Origin: Alphaproteobacteria bacterium
GTDB lineage: Bacteria; Pseudomonadota; Alphaproteobacteria; UBA828
Direction of reading: 5' to 3'
Length of the DNA: 64,000 bases
NCBI GenBank assembly: GCA_965220745.1
Contig: CBDCQT010000007.1
Span: 160,001-224,000 of the forward strand
Shown here: one piece after another, positions 38,281-46,310 of the stretch
Layout of the letters: the number at the start of each line of letters is the position of its first letter
Numbering within the stretch: the stretch's first letter is position 1
Translations under genes and position numbers: made by a program
The notes under the pieces: generated by a model
Seen by the model: the letters and a program-made list of their open reading frames with translations, nothing else
Told to the model about the DNA's origin: nothing
Databases searched by the model: none

Positions 38281-39228
38281 ATGGGTGCGCGGAAGTTCGG
38301 CCCCGGCAGCGCGATCGGGCTCGCCTTCGGGCTGCTCTTCGCGGTATTCCCGCTGTTCTGGATGGTGTCGACCTCCTTCAAGCCGTCCAACGAGTGGGTC
38401 ACGACGCCGCCGGTGTGGGTGTCCGAGAACGGCACCGTCACCAACTACCTCGTCATTCTGTGGCCGTCCGTCCTGCTCGAGCAACGGGGCGGTCTCGGCC
38501 AGTACACCGAGGAAGGGGAGGTCACGGCTCAGCGCGCGACCGAATCAGACGCGGTGAGCGGCGCGGTCGCCGACTTCCTCACCAAGTCGGCGTGGCAGTC
38601 CATCCGGGGCTCGATCATCATCTCGGTGCTCTCGACGATGCTGTCCATTGTGGTCGGCTTCATGGCCGCAATTGCCATCGCGCGATACCGATTTGGCGGC
38701 AACGTCACGCCCTTCTTCATATTATCAGGGCGAATGTTCCCGCCCATTGCGATCGCCATACCGTTCGTCGTGATGTTCAGCGCGCCGGGAATCGAGGCGA
38801 CCGACTCCTATTGGGGCCTGATACTGGCCTACGCCGCGGTCACCGTGCCGTTCTCCACCTGGATGCTGAAGAGCTTCATCGACGAGCTGCCTCAGGAGAT
38901 CGAGGAAGCGGCGATGATGGACGGCATGTCGCGATGGGAGGCGCACATCAAGGTCACCGTGCCGCTCATCAAGGGCGGCCTGATCGCCACCTCGCTCTTC
39001 ATCTTCATCCTCAACTGGAGCGAGTTCCTGTTTGCGCTGGTGCTGACCTACACCAACGTGGAGACGATCCCGGTCAAGCTCTCCAAGTACTTCAGCGCCA
39101 CCTCGGGGCAGCAGTACGGCATTCAGGCGGCGCTCGCCTGCGTCTCGATCGTTCCGCTGGTGATCGTCGGCTTCTTCATCCAGCGGCATCTGGTGCGCGG
39201 CCTCACCCTCGGCGCGATCAAGCGTTAG
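38281..39228 (+). CDS. CUT1 ABC permease (MalG-like)
   Basis: FPLFWMVSTSFK, EIEEAAMMDG (EAA loop) and LVRGLTLGAIK. Confidence 0.93.
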   Translation: MGARKFGPGSAIGLAFGLLFAVFPLFWMVSTSFKPSNEWVTTPPVWVSENGTVTNYLVILWPSVLLEQRGGLGQYTEEGEVTAQRATESDAVSGAVADFLTKSAWQSIRGSIIISVLSTMLSIVVGFMAAIAIARYRFGGNVTPFFILSGRMFPPIAIAIPFVVMFSAPGIEATDSYWGLILAYAAVTVPFSTWMLKSFIDELPQEIEEAAMMDGMSRWEAHIKVTVPLIKGGLIATSLFIFILNWSEFLFALVLTYTNVETIPVKLSKYFSATSGQQYGIQAALACVSIVPLVIVGFFIQRHLVRGLTLGAIKR

Positions 39229-39237
39229 CGCGGCACG

Positions 39238-40329
39238 ATGGCAAACATCAAGCTGGAGCTGGTGGAGCTCCGCAAGGAGTTCGGCGAACTCATCGCCGTC
39301 GACGACATGTCCCTCGCTTGCGAGGAAGGCGAGACCATGGCGTTGCTGGGGCCATCCGGCTGCGGCAAGTCCACCACACTGAACATGATCGTTGGACTCG
39401 AGGCGCCCACCTCGGGCGACATCCTCATCGACGGGCAGTCGGTGCTCCAGGTGCCCCCCGGCCAGCGTAATGTCGGCTTGGTGTTCCAGGACTACGCCGT
39501 CTTCACCCACATGAACGTCAGGCGCAATCTGGAATACGGGCTCCGCGTGCGCGGCATGGCGCGAGCCGATATCGACCGCGAGGTGGCGAAGGTCGCCGCG
39601 TTCCTACACCTCGAGCACCAGCTCGATTATAAGCCGCTGGAGCTCGGCGCGAGTGAGCTTCAGCGGGTCGCGATCGGGCGGACGCTGGTGACCAACCCCG
39701 AGATTCTGCTGCTCGACGAGCCGCTGAGCAATCTGGAAGCCGAGATGCGAAACCAGATGCGCCGCGAGCTCCGGCGCATTCAGGCCGAGACCGGGCAGAC
39801 CATCATCTATGTCACCCATGACCAGATCGAGGCGCTCTCGCTTGCGCACCGTATCGCGGTCATGGATTTCGGCCAGCTCAAGCAATACGACACCGCGCAC
39901 AACGTCTACCACTACCCCGACAACACCTTCGTCGGCAGCTTCCTCGGCAACCCGCCGATGAACTTCGTGCACGGGCAGTTCGGCCATGACGGCAACCGAC
40001 CGGTCGTGGCGCAGAACGGCTCGATCATTCCCGTGCCGGCCGCGAGCGCCGGGGCAGTGAGCGACGGCGCCGACGTGATCGTCGGCATGCGGCCCGAGTC
40101 GATGATGCTGGCGGAAGCAGACGATCCCGAAGCCTTTACGGCCTCGGTCATCGCGGTCGAGCCACAGGGACCTGAAACGGTTCTCACGGCTCGCATAGGC
40201 CAGTCCGACCTGAAGCTGGTCGTGGAGACTGGCACGCAGGCCCACGAAGGTGCCGAAATCGCAATCCGGCCGGACGCTGAGTTGCTGGCCCTGTTCGACG
40301 CCGCATCGGGCGTCCGCTTCAAGGCGTGA
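39238..40329 (+). CDS. ABC ATPase (MalK-like) with degenerate signature motif
   Basis: GPSGCGKST, VFQDYA, LLLDEPLSNL and YVTHDQ; signature reads LGASE. Confidence 0.93.
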   Translation: MANIKLELVELRKEFGELIAVDDMSLACEEGETMALLGPSGCGKSTTLNMIVGLEAPTSGDILIDGQSVLQVPPGQRNVGLVFQDYAVFTHMNVRRNLEYGLRVRGMARADIDREVAKVAAFLHLEHQLDYKPLELGASELQRVAIGRTLVTNPEILLLDEPLSNLEAEMRNQMRRELRRIQAETGQTIIYVTHDQIEALSLAHRIAVMDFGQLKQYDTAHNVYHYPDNTFVGSFLGNPPMNFVHGQFGHDGNRPVVAQNGSIIPVPAASAGAVSDGADVIVGMRPESMMLAEADDPEAFTASVIAVEPQGPETVLTARIGQSDLKLVVETGTQAHEGAEIAIRPDAELLALFDAASGVRFKA

Positions 40330-41435
40330 GCCCGGCCATGGACGAACCCCTTCTGCAGCTTCGCTCCATCTCCAAGAACTTCGGTTCGGTTCAGGCGCTG
40401 AGGGACCTGAGCCTGGAGGTGCCGCGCGGCTCGCTGATCGTGCTCTTGGGTCCTGCGGGTGCTGGCAAAACGACTACGCTGAGGATCGTTGCCGGGCTCG
40501 AAGCGCCGACCTCGGGCGAGGTCTGGGTCGAAGGACAGAACTTCACCAAGCTGCAGCCCAACCGGCGCGACATCGCGATGATCTTCGACAATCTAGCGCT
40601 CTACCCCAACAAGACGGGGTACGAGAACGTCGCGTCCCCGCTCAAGCTCGCCAGGATGCCGAAGGCCGAGATTGCCAAGCGGGTCGACGAAATCGCCGGT
40701 CTGCTTAAGATCGGGCACATTCTCGACCGTCTGCCTGCAACCTTCAGCGGCGGCGAGCGTCAGCGTGTGGCCCTCGGCCGCGCCATGGTGCGTGAGCCGC
40801 GCTTCTACCTGCTGGACGAGCCGCTCTCGAGCCTCGACTTCATGCTCCGCATCGAGCTTCGGACCGAGCTGAAGCGCTTGCAGCGCGAGCTCGGGCGCAC
40901 CTTCGTCTTCGCGACGCCGGACTACACCGAGGCGCTGGCGCTGGCGGATACCGTCTGCGTTCTGCTGGAGGGTGAGGTGCGTCAGATCGCGAAGGCGCAG
41001 GAGCTCTATGACGAGCCTGCCGACCGCGACGTGGCCCGCTTCGTTGGCAATCCCAAGATCAATATCGTCCCCGGCCGGCTCGCGCGCGAGAACGGCACCG
41101 CCAGACTTTCCATTGGCTCGATGAACCTGCCCTTGCCGGACCGCATGGAGCATGGCCTGCCCGCGCATTTGAGCGAAGTCGAGGTGGGACTGCGGCCCGA
41201 GCACGTCCGGATCGTGCCCTCGACCGCGACCGAAACGCACCGGACTGGGATCGTCAACGATCTTGAGCCGCTCGGCATGCACACGACGGTCGGCATCGAC
41301 TTGGCGGGGATTAATTTGGCGCTGACCGTCGCGGGCGTGCAGGAGTTCAACGACGGCGACCGGGTCGAGGTGCATCTCGATACCGAGACCCTGTTGTTCT
41401 TCGACCCGATCTCGGGGCGCCGCGTCGGCAACTAG
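40326..41435 (+). CDS. ABC ATPase (MalK-like) with degenerate Q- and H-loops
   Basis: GPAGAGKTT, FSGGERQR and LLDEPLSSLD; IFDNL at the Q-loop and FATPD at the H-loop. Start may be 40338. Confidence 0.93.
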   Translation: MSPAMDEPLLQLRSISKNFGSVQALRDLSLEVPRGSLIVLLGPAGAGKTTTLRIVAGLEAPTSGEVWVEGQNFTKLQPNRRDIAMIFDNLALYPNKTGYENVASPLKLARMPKAEIAKRVDEIAGLLKIGHILDRLPATFSGGERQRVALGRAMVREPRFYLLDEPLSSLDFMLRIELRTELKRLQRELGRTFVFATPDYTEALALADTVCVLLEGEVRQIAKAQELYDEPADRDVARFVGNPKINIVPGRLARENGTARLSIGSMNLPLPDRMEHGLPAHLSEVEVGLRPEHVRIVPSTATETHRTGIVNDLEPLGMHTTVGIDLAGINLALTVAGVQEFNDGDRVEVHLDTETLLFFDPISGRRVGN

Positions 41436-41535
41436 TCGGCCCGGCGGCGCGTCGGCTCCCCCGCCCTCGGCGAGCGACCGCCGCTGGCACGTACGGCCCG
41501 CATGGCATGGGCCGCAGACGAGGGAGTGACCCGCG

Positions 41536-42393
41536 ATGGCGAAGACCGCACGCGCTGAGACCCAGCCCTTGAGCATCGAAGACGAGATCACGCAGGCGGC
41601 AATCGAGCGTCTGGAACAGGGCGCCGACGGGCGGTTGCGGGAGATCATGGTCAGTCTGACCCGGCACCTGCACGGGTTCATCCGCGACATCGAGCCAACC
41701 GAGGAAGAATGGCTCGCGGCGATCCGCTTCCTGACCGAGACCGGCAAGAAGTGCGACGAGAACCGCCAGGAGTTCATCCTGCTCTCGGATACGCTCGGCG
41801 CAAGCATGCTCATCGACGCCATCAACAACCGCAAACCAGGCGGTGCCACCGAGAGCAGCGTGCTCGGCCCCTTCTATCGCGAGGGCGCGCCGGATTACGA
41901 GAACGGCGCCGACTTGGCGGACGGGGAGACCGGCGGCGAGCGCGTGCTCGTCTCGGGCAGGGTGACCGACCTCGACGGTGCGCCCATCGCGGGCGCGGTG
42001 CTCGACATCTGGCAGACTGCGTCAAACGCCGCGTACGCGGCGCAGGATCCGTCCGGGACTTCGTTCAACCTCTGCGGCCGGCTCACCACCGAGGCGGACG
42101 GGCGCTACTGGTTTCGCACCCGCAAGCCCGTGAGCTACACGATCCCGGGCGATGGTCCGGTCGGCGCCATGCTGGATGCCGCCGGCCGTCACAACTGGCG
42201 CCCGGCCCACATTCATTTCATGCTGTCGGCGGCGGGGTACGAGACGCTGGTGACGCAGCTCTTCACCGACGACGACCCCTACCTCGGGAGCGATACCGTC
42301 TTCGGTGTCAAGGACTCCCTGGTCGTGCACTACGATCAGACCGACGAGGGCCTGCGTCTCGACCACGACTTCGTCATGACGGCTGAGGCCTAG
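41536..42393 (+). CDS. Intradiol ring-cleavage dioxygenase (hydroxyquinol/catechol 1,2-dioxygenase family)
   Basis: RQEFILLSDTLG, SSVLGPFY, DIWQ...Y, SYTIPGDGPVG and WRPAHIHF (2 Tyr / 2 His iron ligands). Confidence 0.92.
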   Translation: MAKTARAETQPLSIEDEITQAAIERLEQGADGRLREIMVSLTRHLHGFIRDIEPTEEEWLAAIRFLTETGKKCDENRQEFILLSDTLGASMLIDAINNRKPGGATESSVLGPFYREGAPDYENGADLADGETGGERVLVSGRVTDLDGAPIAGAVLDIWQTASNAAYAAQDPSGTSFNLCGRLTTEADGRYWFRTRKPVSYTIPGDGPVGAMLDAAGRHNWRPAHIHFMLSAAGYETLVTQLFTDDDPYLGSDTVFGVKDSLVVHYDQTDEGLRLDHDFVMTAEA

Positions 42394-42528
42394 CCCGCGG
42401 ATCGCCCTCTGCGGCGGAGGGTCTAAATCGCTCGGTTGGACGGCCCTGAGCCGCCTCCGGCCCTGAATTCGTGACGGTCCAGCGACTCGAGAGTTTCAAA
42501 CCCGCGTCGACTCCCCGTCGCAAGGACT

Positions 42529-42570
42529 TTGTCATCCCGATCCATCTCTCTCTCTATAATACATTGTAAT
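42529..42570 (+). promoter_or_regulatory. Putative promoter/operator of the amt unit
   Basis: TTGTCA (42529-42534) and consensus TATAAT (42555-42560), overlapped by palindrome TACA-T-TGTA (42560-42568); an AT-rich patch in a GC-rich background. Confidence 0.55.
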
Positions 42571-42584
42571 TGAAGCTATTTTCC

Positions 42585-42718
42585 GGTGTCGTCCAGACGC
42601 TGTGGCAGGCCGTGCTGGACATGCCCCCGCGGGCTGCTCAAGATTTGTGGTTGCGACTCGGGCCGCAACACCGTGAGTGGCAACGCAGCGGTGTGCGGCA
42701 TCACAAGGTATGGGGGGC
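42585..42718 (+). ncRNA. Candidate structured 5' leader (riboswitch-like, class unassigned)
   Basis: Two long hairpins (42585-42625 and 42645-42706, the latter capped by a GCAA tetraloop) with mutually exclusive alternative pairings. Predicted by eye only. Confidence 0.35.
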
Positions 42719-42721
42719 GCT

Positions 42722-44128
42722 ATGGGTGATCCTGTCGATGCCCTGACAACAATTTTCACCGAATCCTACTACTGGATCACGGTGGTCATGATGTTCCTCA
42801 TTCACGCCGGGTTCTGCACCTACGAGGTAGGGGCGTCCCGGCGCAAAAACGTTCTCCACACGTTGATGAAGAACACGATGCTGATCCCTCTGGTCACCGT
42901 CACGTTCTTCTTCTTCGGGTGGTACGTCTATTTCGCATTTCCCAATGTTCCGTTCGCATCCGGCGGATTCTCCGATGCGTCGTTCGCGGAGCCGTGGGAC
43001 GAGTTCATGGGCGCTCACATGCAGGACCGCATCCTTGGCGTGTTCTGGGCGGCGTTCCTGCTCTTCTCATGGACCACCGCCTCGATTGTCTCGGGCGCGG
43101 TGATCGAGCGTATCAAGACCGGCGCGTTCCTCATCTTCGCGGTCCTGATCGGCTCCTTCACCTGGATCCTCGACGCGGCCTGGGGCTGGCACCCGGGCGG
43201 CTGGATGGTCCAGATCTTGGGCTATCACGATGCCTACGCATCCGGCGTGGTGCACGCCATCGCCGGCGGCTCGGCCCTCGCGATCCTCTTTGTGCTGGGG
43301 CCACGTATCGGCAAGTTCGGGCCGAACGGAGAGGTCAACGAGATCAAGCCGCACAACCCATGGCTGGTCACGGTCGGGCTGTTCCTGATCTTCACCGGCT
43401 TCTGGGGCTTCTACGCGGCCTGCAACGTGCCGATCATCGACATCGGCGGCGAGGCAGGGACCTTCTTCTCGGCGACCAACATCTACGGGATGCCGACGAC
43501 GCTGTCTGCGATCGTCTACAACTTCCTGATGTCCTTCTCGGGCGGCCTGATGGCGGCTTACCTCGTCAGCAAGGGCAATCCGTTCTGGACCTATTCAGGC
43601 GGTCTCGGCGGCATCATCGCGGCCTCTGCCGGCAACGACCTCTATCATCCGTTGCAGGCGCTGTTCATCGGTGGGGCCGGCGTGGTGTTCATGTTCTACG
43701 TGCACCACTGGGTCGAGCGGAAGTTCAAGATCGACGATGCGGTCGGCGCGGTCGCCGTGCACGGTTACGCCGGGTTCTTCGGCGTCATCGTGTGTGGCTT
43801 CGTGCTCTGGGGCTACCCGGCCGCGGCGCCGACGTTCGGCGACTATGGAGCACGCGAGGCCTCGATCGCCCTGTTCACGACTCCGGAAGGCCTGCCGCAA
43901 ATCAACCCGGTCGGCCAGATTCTGGGGGCGATCATCATGTTCTGGGTGCTGGGCTTCCTGCCCTGCTACGTCCTGGCCCGGGTCCTGCAGTACTTCAACA
44001 TGCTGCGGGTGCCGCGCGAGGTCGAGCTGGCGGGGCTGGATACGCATCAACTCGGTGATGCGTATCCCTACCATGCACACCAGGAGACGGCGTTCGAGAA
44101 GATCGAACGCACCTACGCCAAGGAATAG
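42722..44128 (+). CDS. Ammonium transporter (Amt) family protein, divergent subgroup
   Basis: Polytopic membrane protein; SIVSGAVIER, SGVVHAIAG, LGPRIGKF and IDDAVGAVAVHG (twin His retained). Confidence 0.92.
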   Translation: MGDPVDALTTIFTESYYWITVVMMFLIHAGFCTYEVGASRRKNVLHTLMKNTMLIPLVTVTFFFFGWYVYFAFPNVPFASGGFSDASFAEPWDEFMGAHMQDRILGVFWAAFLLFSWTTASIVSGAVIERIKTGAFLIFAVLIGSFTWILDAAWGWHPGGWMVQILGYHDAYASGVVHAIAGGSALAILFVLGPRIGKFGPNGEVNEIKPHNPWLVTVGLFLIFTGFWGFYAACNVPIIDIGGEAGTFFSATNIYGMPTTLSAIVYNFLMSFSGGLMAAYLVSKGNPFWTYSGGLGGIIAASAGNDLYHPLQALFIGGAGVVFMFYVHHWVERKFKIDDAVGAVAVHGYAGFFGVIVCGFVLWGYPAAAPTFGDYGAREASIALFTTPEGLPQINPVGQILGAIIMFWVLGFLPCYVLARVLQYFNMLRVPREVELAGLDTHQLGDAYPYHAHQETAFEKIERTYAKE

Positions 44129-44137
44129 GAGGATAAG

Positions 44138-44395
44138 ATGGCTTCGACCGGCTTGGACTCCTTTACCAATCCCGCCGAAATCGGCGCCATGTACCCTGGC
44201 GTGGGCGCCGAGACGGCGATGGTCGGAATCCTCGTGGCCCTCTGGGTAGGCTGGCACTTCTTCCAGATCTACCAGGAGGAGAGCGAGTATCGCGAAGCGG
44301 TCAAGCTCTACCGCGAGGTCGGCATGGAACGCGCCATGCACCATGCCACCGGCACCATCGCGACGGCGGACGAGGTTCAGATCGCCAAGAGCTGA
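44138..44395 (+). CDS. Small single-TM membrane protein co-transcribed with amt
   Basis: Strong AGGAGG SD, 9 nt after the amt stop; IGAMYPGVGAE, then TM MVGILVALWVGWHFF, then a charged helix. Confidence 0.8.
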   Translation: MASTGLDSFTNPAEIGAMYPGVGAETAMVGILVALWVGWHFFQIYQEESEYREAVKLYREVGMERAMHHATGTIATADEVQIAKS

Positions 44396-44420
44396 TCTCG
44401 CGCCACCGTCGTTACGTTAC

Positions 44421-44451
44421 AGGGCGGGCCTTCGGGCCCGCCCTTCTTGTT
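44421..44451 (+). terminator. Rho-independent terminator
   Basis: AGGGCGGGCC-TTCG-GGCCCGCCCT followed by TCTTGTT. Confidence 0.88.
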
Positions 44452-44454
44452 CGG

Positions 44455-45327
44455 TTATTCGGCGGAGGCTCCGGCGCCGTCCTCCAGCGCTTGCCGTGCA
44501 TCCGCAATGGCCATGCGGAATTGTGCGATCGGCAGGGCGCCGCGGATCATGCGATCGCCGACGACGAAGGCCGGCGTTCCCCGAATTGCGAGGGCGCTGG
44601 CGAGCACGGCGTTCCGATCGATCAGCGTATCGATGGCCGGCTCCTCCATGTCGCGCGCGAGCCGCTCGTCGTCGAGGCCGACGGAGCGCGCGACCGCGAG
44701 GATGTGGTCGAGATCGAAGGGGCCGTCGGCGCTCATCAACGCCCAGTGAAACGGCTCGTAGAGGCCCTGCGCCCGGGATGCGAGCGCCGCGCGGGCCGCC
44801 AGCGTCGATTCCGGCCCCAGGATCGGGAACTCCTTGAAGACGACGCGCAGGTCGTCGTTCTCCGCGAGCAGGGTCTCCAGCGTGGGCTTGACGCGCCGGC
44901 AGTAGCCGCAGCGATAGTCGAAGAACTCGACCAGCACGATGGCGCCCTCGGGATTCCCCGCGACCGGCGCCTCGGGGTCCGAGAAGATATCGTCGCGCAG
45001 GCGATGGATGGCCTGCTGCGCCTGCAGGGCGGCCTCTGCATCGCGCTTGGCCTGCAGCGCCTGCTGAACCTCGATCAGCAGCTCCGGCTGCTCGAGGAGA
45101 TAGTCGCGGATGATCTGCCGGATTGCCTCCACCGGCAGATCGCCGGCTGCCGCGGTGCCATCATCCATGGTCTTGGCGGGGGTCTCGGGATCGCAGCGGC
45201 CGTCTTCGATCTTGTCGGGATCGCAGACGACCTCGGCCTGCCCCGGCTGGGCGACGGCAAAGGCAAGGCCGAAGGCGAGGCCGGCTGCAACGAGGGTGCG
45301 GGCGAGTAGCGTGCGGTATTTCTCCAT
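44455..45327 (-). CDS. DsbA family (Com1/ScsC-like) thiol-disulfide oxidoreductase
   Basis: Signal peptide from MEKYRTLL; IRDYLLEQPELL, EFFDYRCGYC, FKEFPILG and GTPAFVVG. Confidence 0.92.
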   Translation of the reverse strand: MEKYRTLLARTLVAAGLAFGLAFAVAQPGQAEVVCDPDKIEDGRCDPETPAKTMDDGTAAAGDLPVEAIRQIIRDYLLEQPELLIEVQQALQAKRDAEAALQAQQAIHRLRDDIFSDPEAPVAGNPEGAIVLVEFFDYRCGYCRRVKPTLETLLAENDDLRVVFKEFPILGPESTLAARAALASRAQGLYEPFHWALMSADGPFDLDHILAVARSVGLDDERLARDMEEPAIDTLIDRNAVLASALAIRGTPAFVVGDRMIRGALPIAQFRMAIADARQALEDGAGASAE

Positions 45328-45371
45328 CGCGGGAGGGTACCCGCGCGGCGCGCCCGTTGCCAGCCTCGGGA

Positions 45372-46247
45372 TTAAGACTCGACGGCGCGGCGGGCACGGA
45401 AGCGGAGCGTCGCCAGAACGAGGCCGATGAGCACCAGCCCGACGCCCGCGAGCCGCTGCGGCCCCAGGCTTTCGTCCAGCAGCAGCGCGGTGCTGATCAG
45501 GCCCGAGATGGGGATGACCAGAGAGAAGGGCGTCACCAGGTAGGCCGGATAGCGGCGCAGCAGGTAGCTCCACAGCATGAAGCCGAAGCAGGTGGCGATC
45601 AGCCCGAGGAAGAACAGCTCGCCGATGGTGATCCAGGTGATATCGACAAGCGCGGTGAAGGCCGCCGGGCCCCCTTCGAAGACATAAGAGAGCCCGAGCA
45701 GGGGCGCGATGCCGATCAGGTGTGCCCAGGCGATCAGGCGCAGCAGGTCGTCGGTGCCGGCGAGCTTGACGATCATGTTGGAGGAGGCCCAGCACACGGC
45801 GGACACGAGCACGAAGCCGAGGCCCGCGAGAGTCGGGCCGCCCGGCAGGGTGAGGCCGATGATCGCGATGCCCGCGCCGGAGACGGCGATGCCCGCATAC
45901 TGGGTGCGCCCCGGCCTCTCACCCAGGATCGCGAAGGCGAAGATCGTGGTGAAGAAGACCTGGGACTGGAGCAGCAGCGAGCTGAGCCCTGCCGGCATGC
46001 CGAATTCCATGGCGAAGAACAGCAGCGACATCTGGATCGTGCCCTGAGTCAGACCGATACCTAAGGTCCAGTACCAGCGGATCGCCGGCGGGCGAAAGAG
46101 AACCAGGACGGGCAGCGCGGCAACGACGACGCGGAGCCCGGCCACCATGAGCGGGGGCAGGGCATCGAGCAGCTCCCGCATGACCACGAAAGAGAAGCCC
46201 CAGAGGCCGGTCACGGCGAGAGCGAGCGCGATGTGGGGGATCGACAT
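45372..46247 (-). CDS. EamA family transporter (O-acetylserine/cysteine exporter-like)
   Basis: LWGFSFVV, GMPAGLSSLLLQSQVFFT and LLRRYPAYLVTPFSLVIP. Confidence 0.9.
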   Translation of the reverse strand: MSIPHIALALAVTGLWGFSFVVMRELLDALPPLMVAGLRVVVAALPVLVLFRPPAIRWYWTLGIGLTQGTIQMSLLFFAMEFGMPAGLSSLLLQSQVFFTTIFAFAILGERPGRTQYAGIAVSGAGIAIIGLTLPGGPTLAGLGFVLVSAVCWASSNMIVKLAGTDDLLRLIAWAHLIGIAPLLGLSYVFEGGPAAFTALVDITWITIGELFFLGLIATCFGFMLWSYLLRRYPAYLVTPFSLVIPISGLISTALLLDESLGPQRLAGVGLVLIGLVLATLRFRARRAVES

Positions 46248-46310
46248 GGCAATCAGGGGCGAACGCAACGCCGGTGGGCCCAGGGGCGGGCAGGGGCCCG
46301 TGCGGCGCGG

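Noticed and set aside
42585-42721. Known riboswitch classes (glycine, guanidine-I/II/III, SAM-II, ZTP, glutamine) in the amt leader
   Set aside because: I could not find their hallmark conserved nucleotides by eye; kept only as an unassigned candidate.
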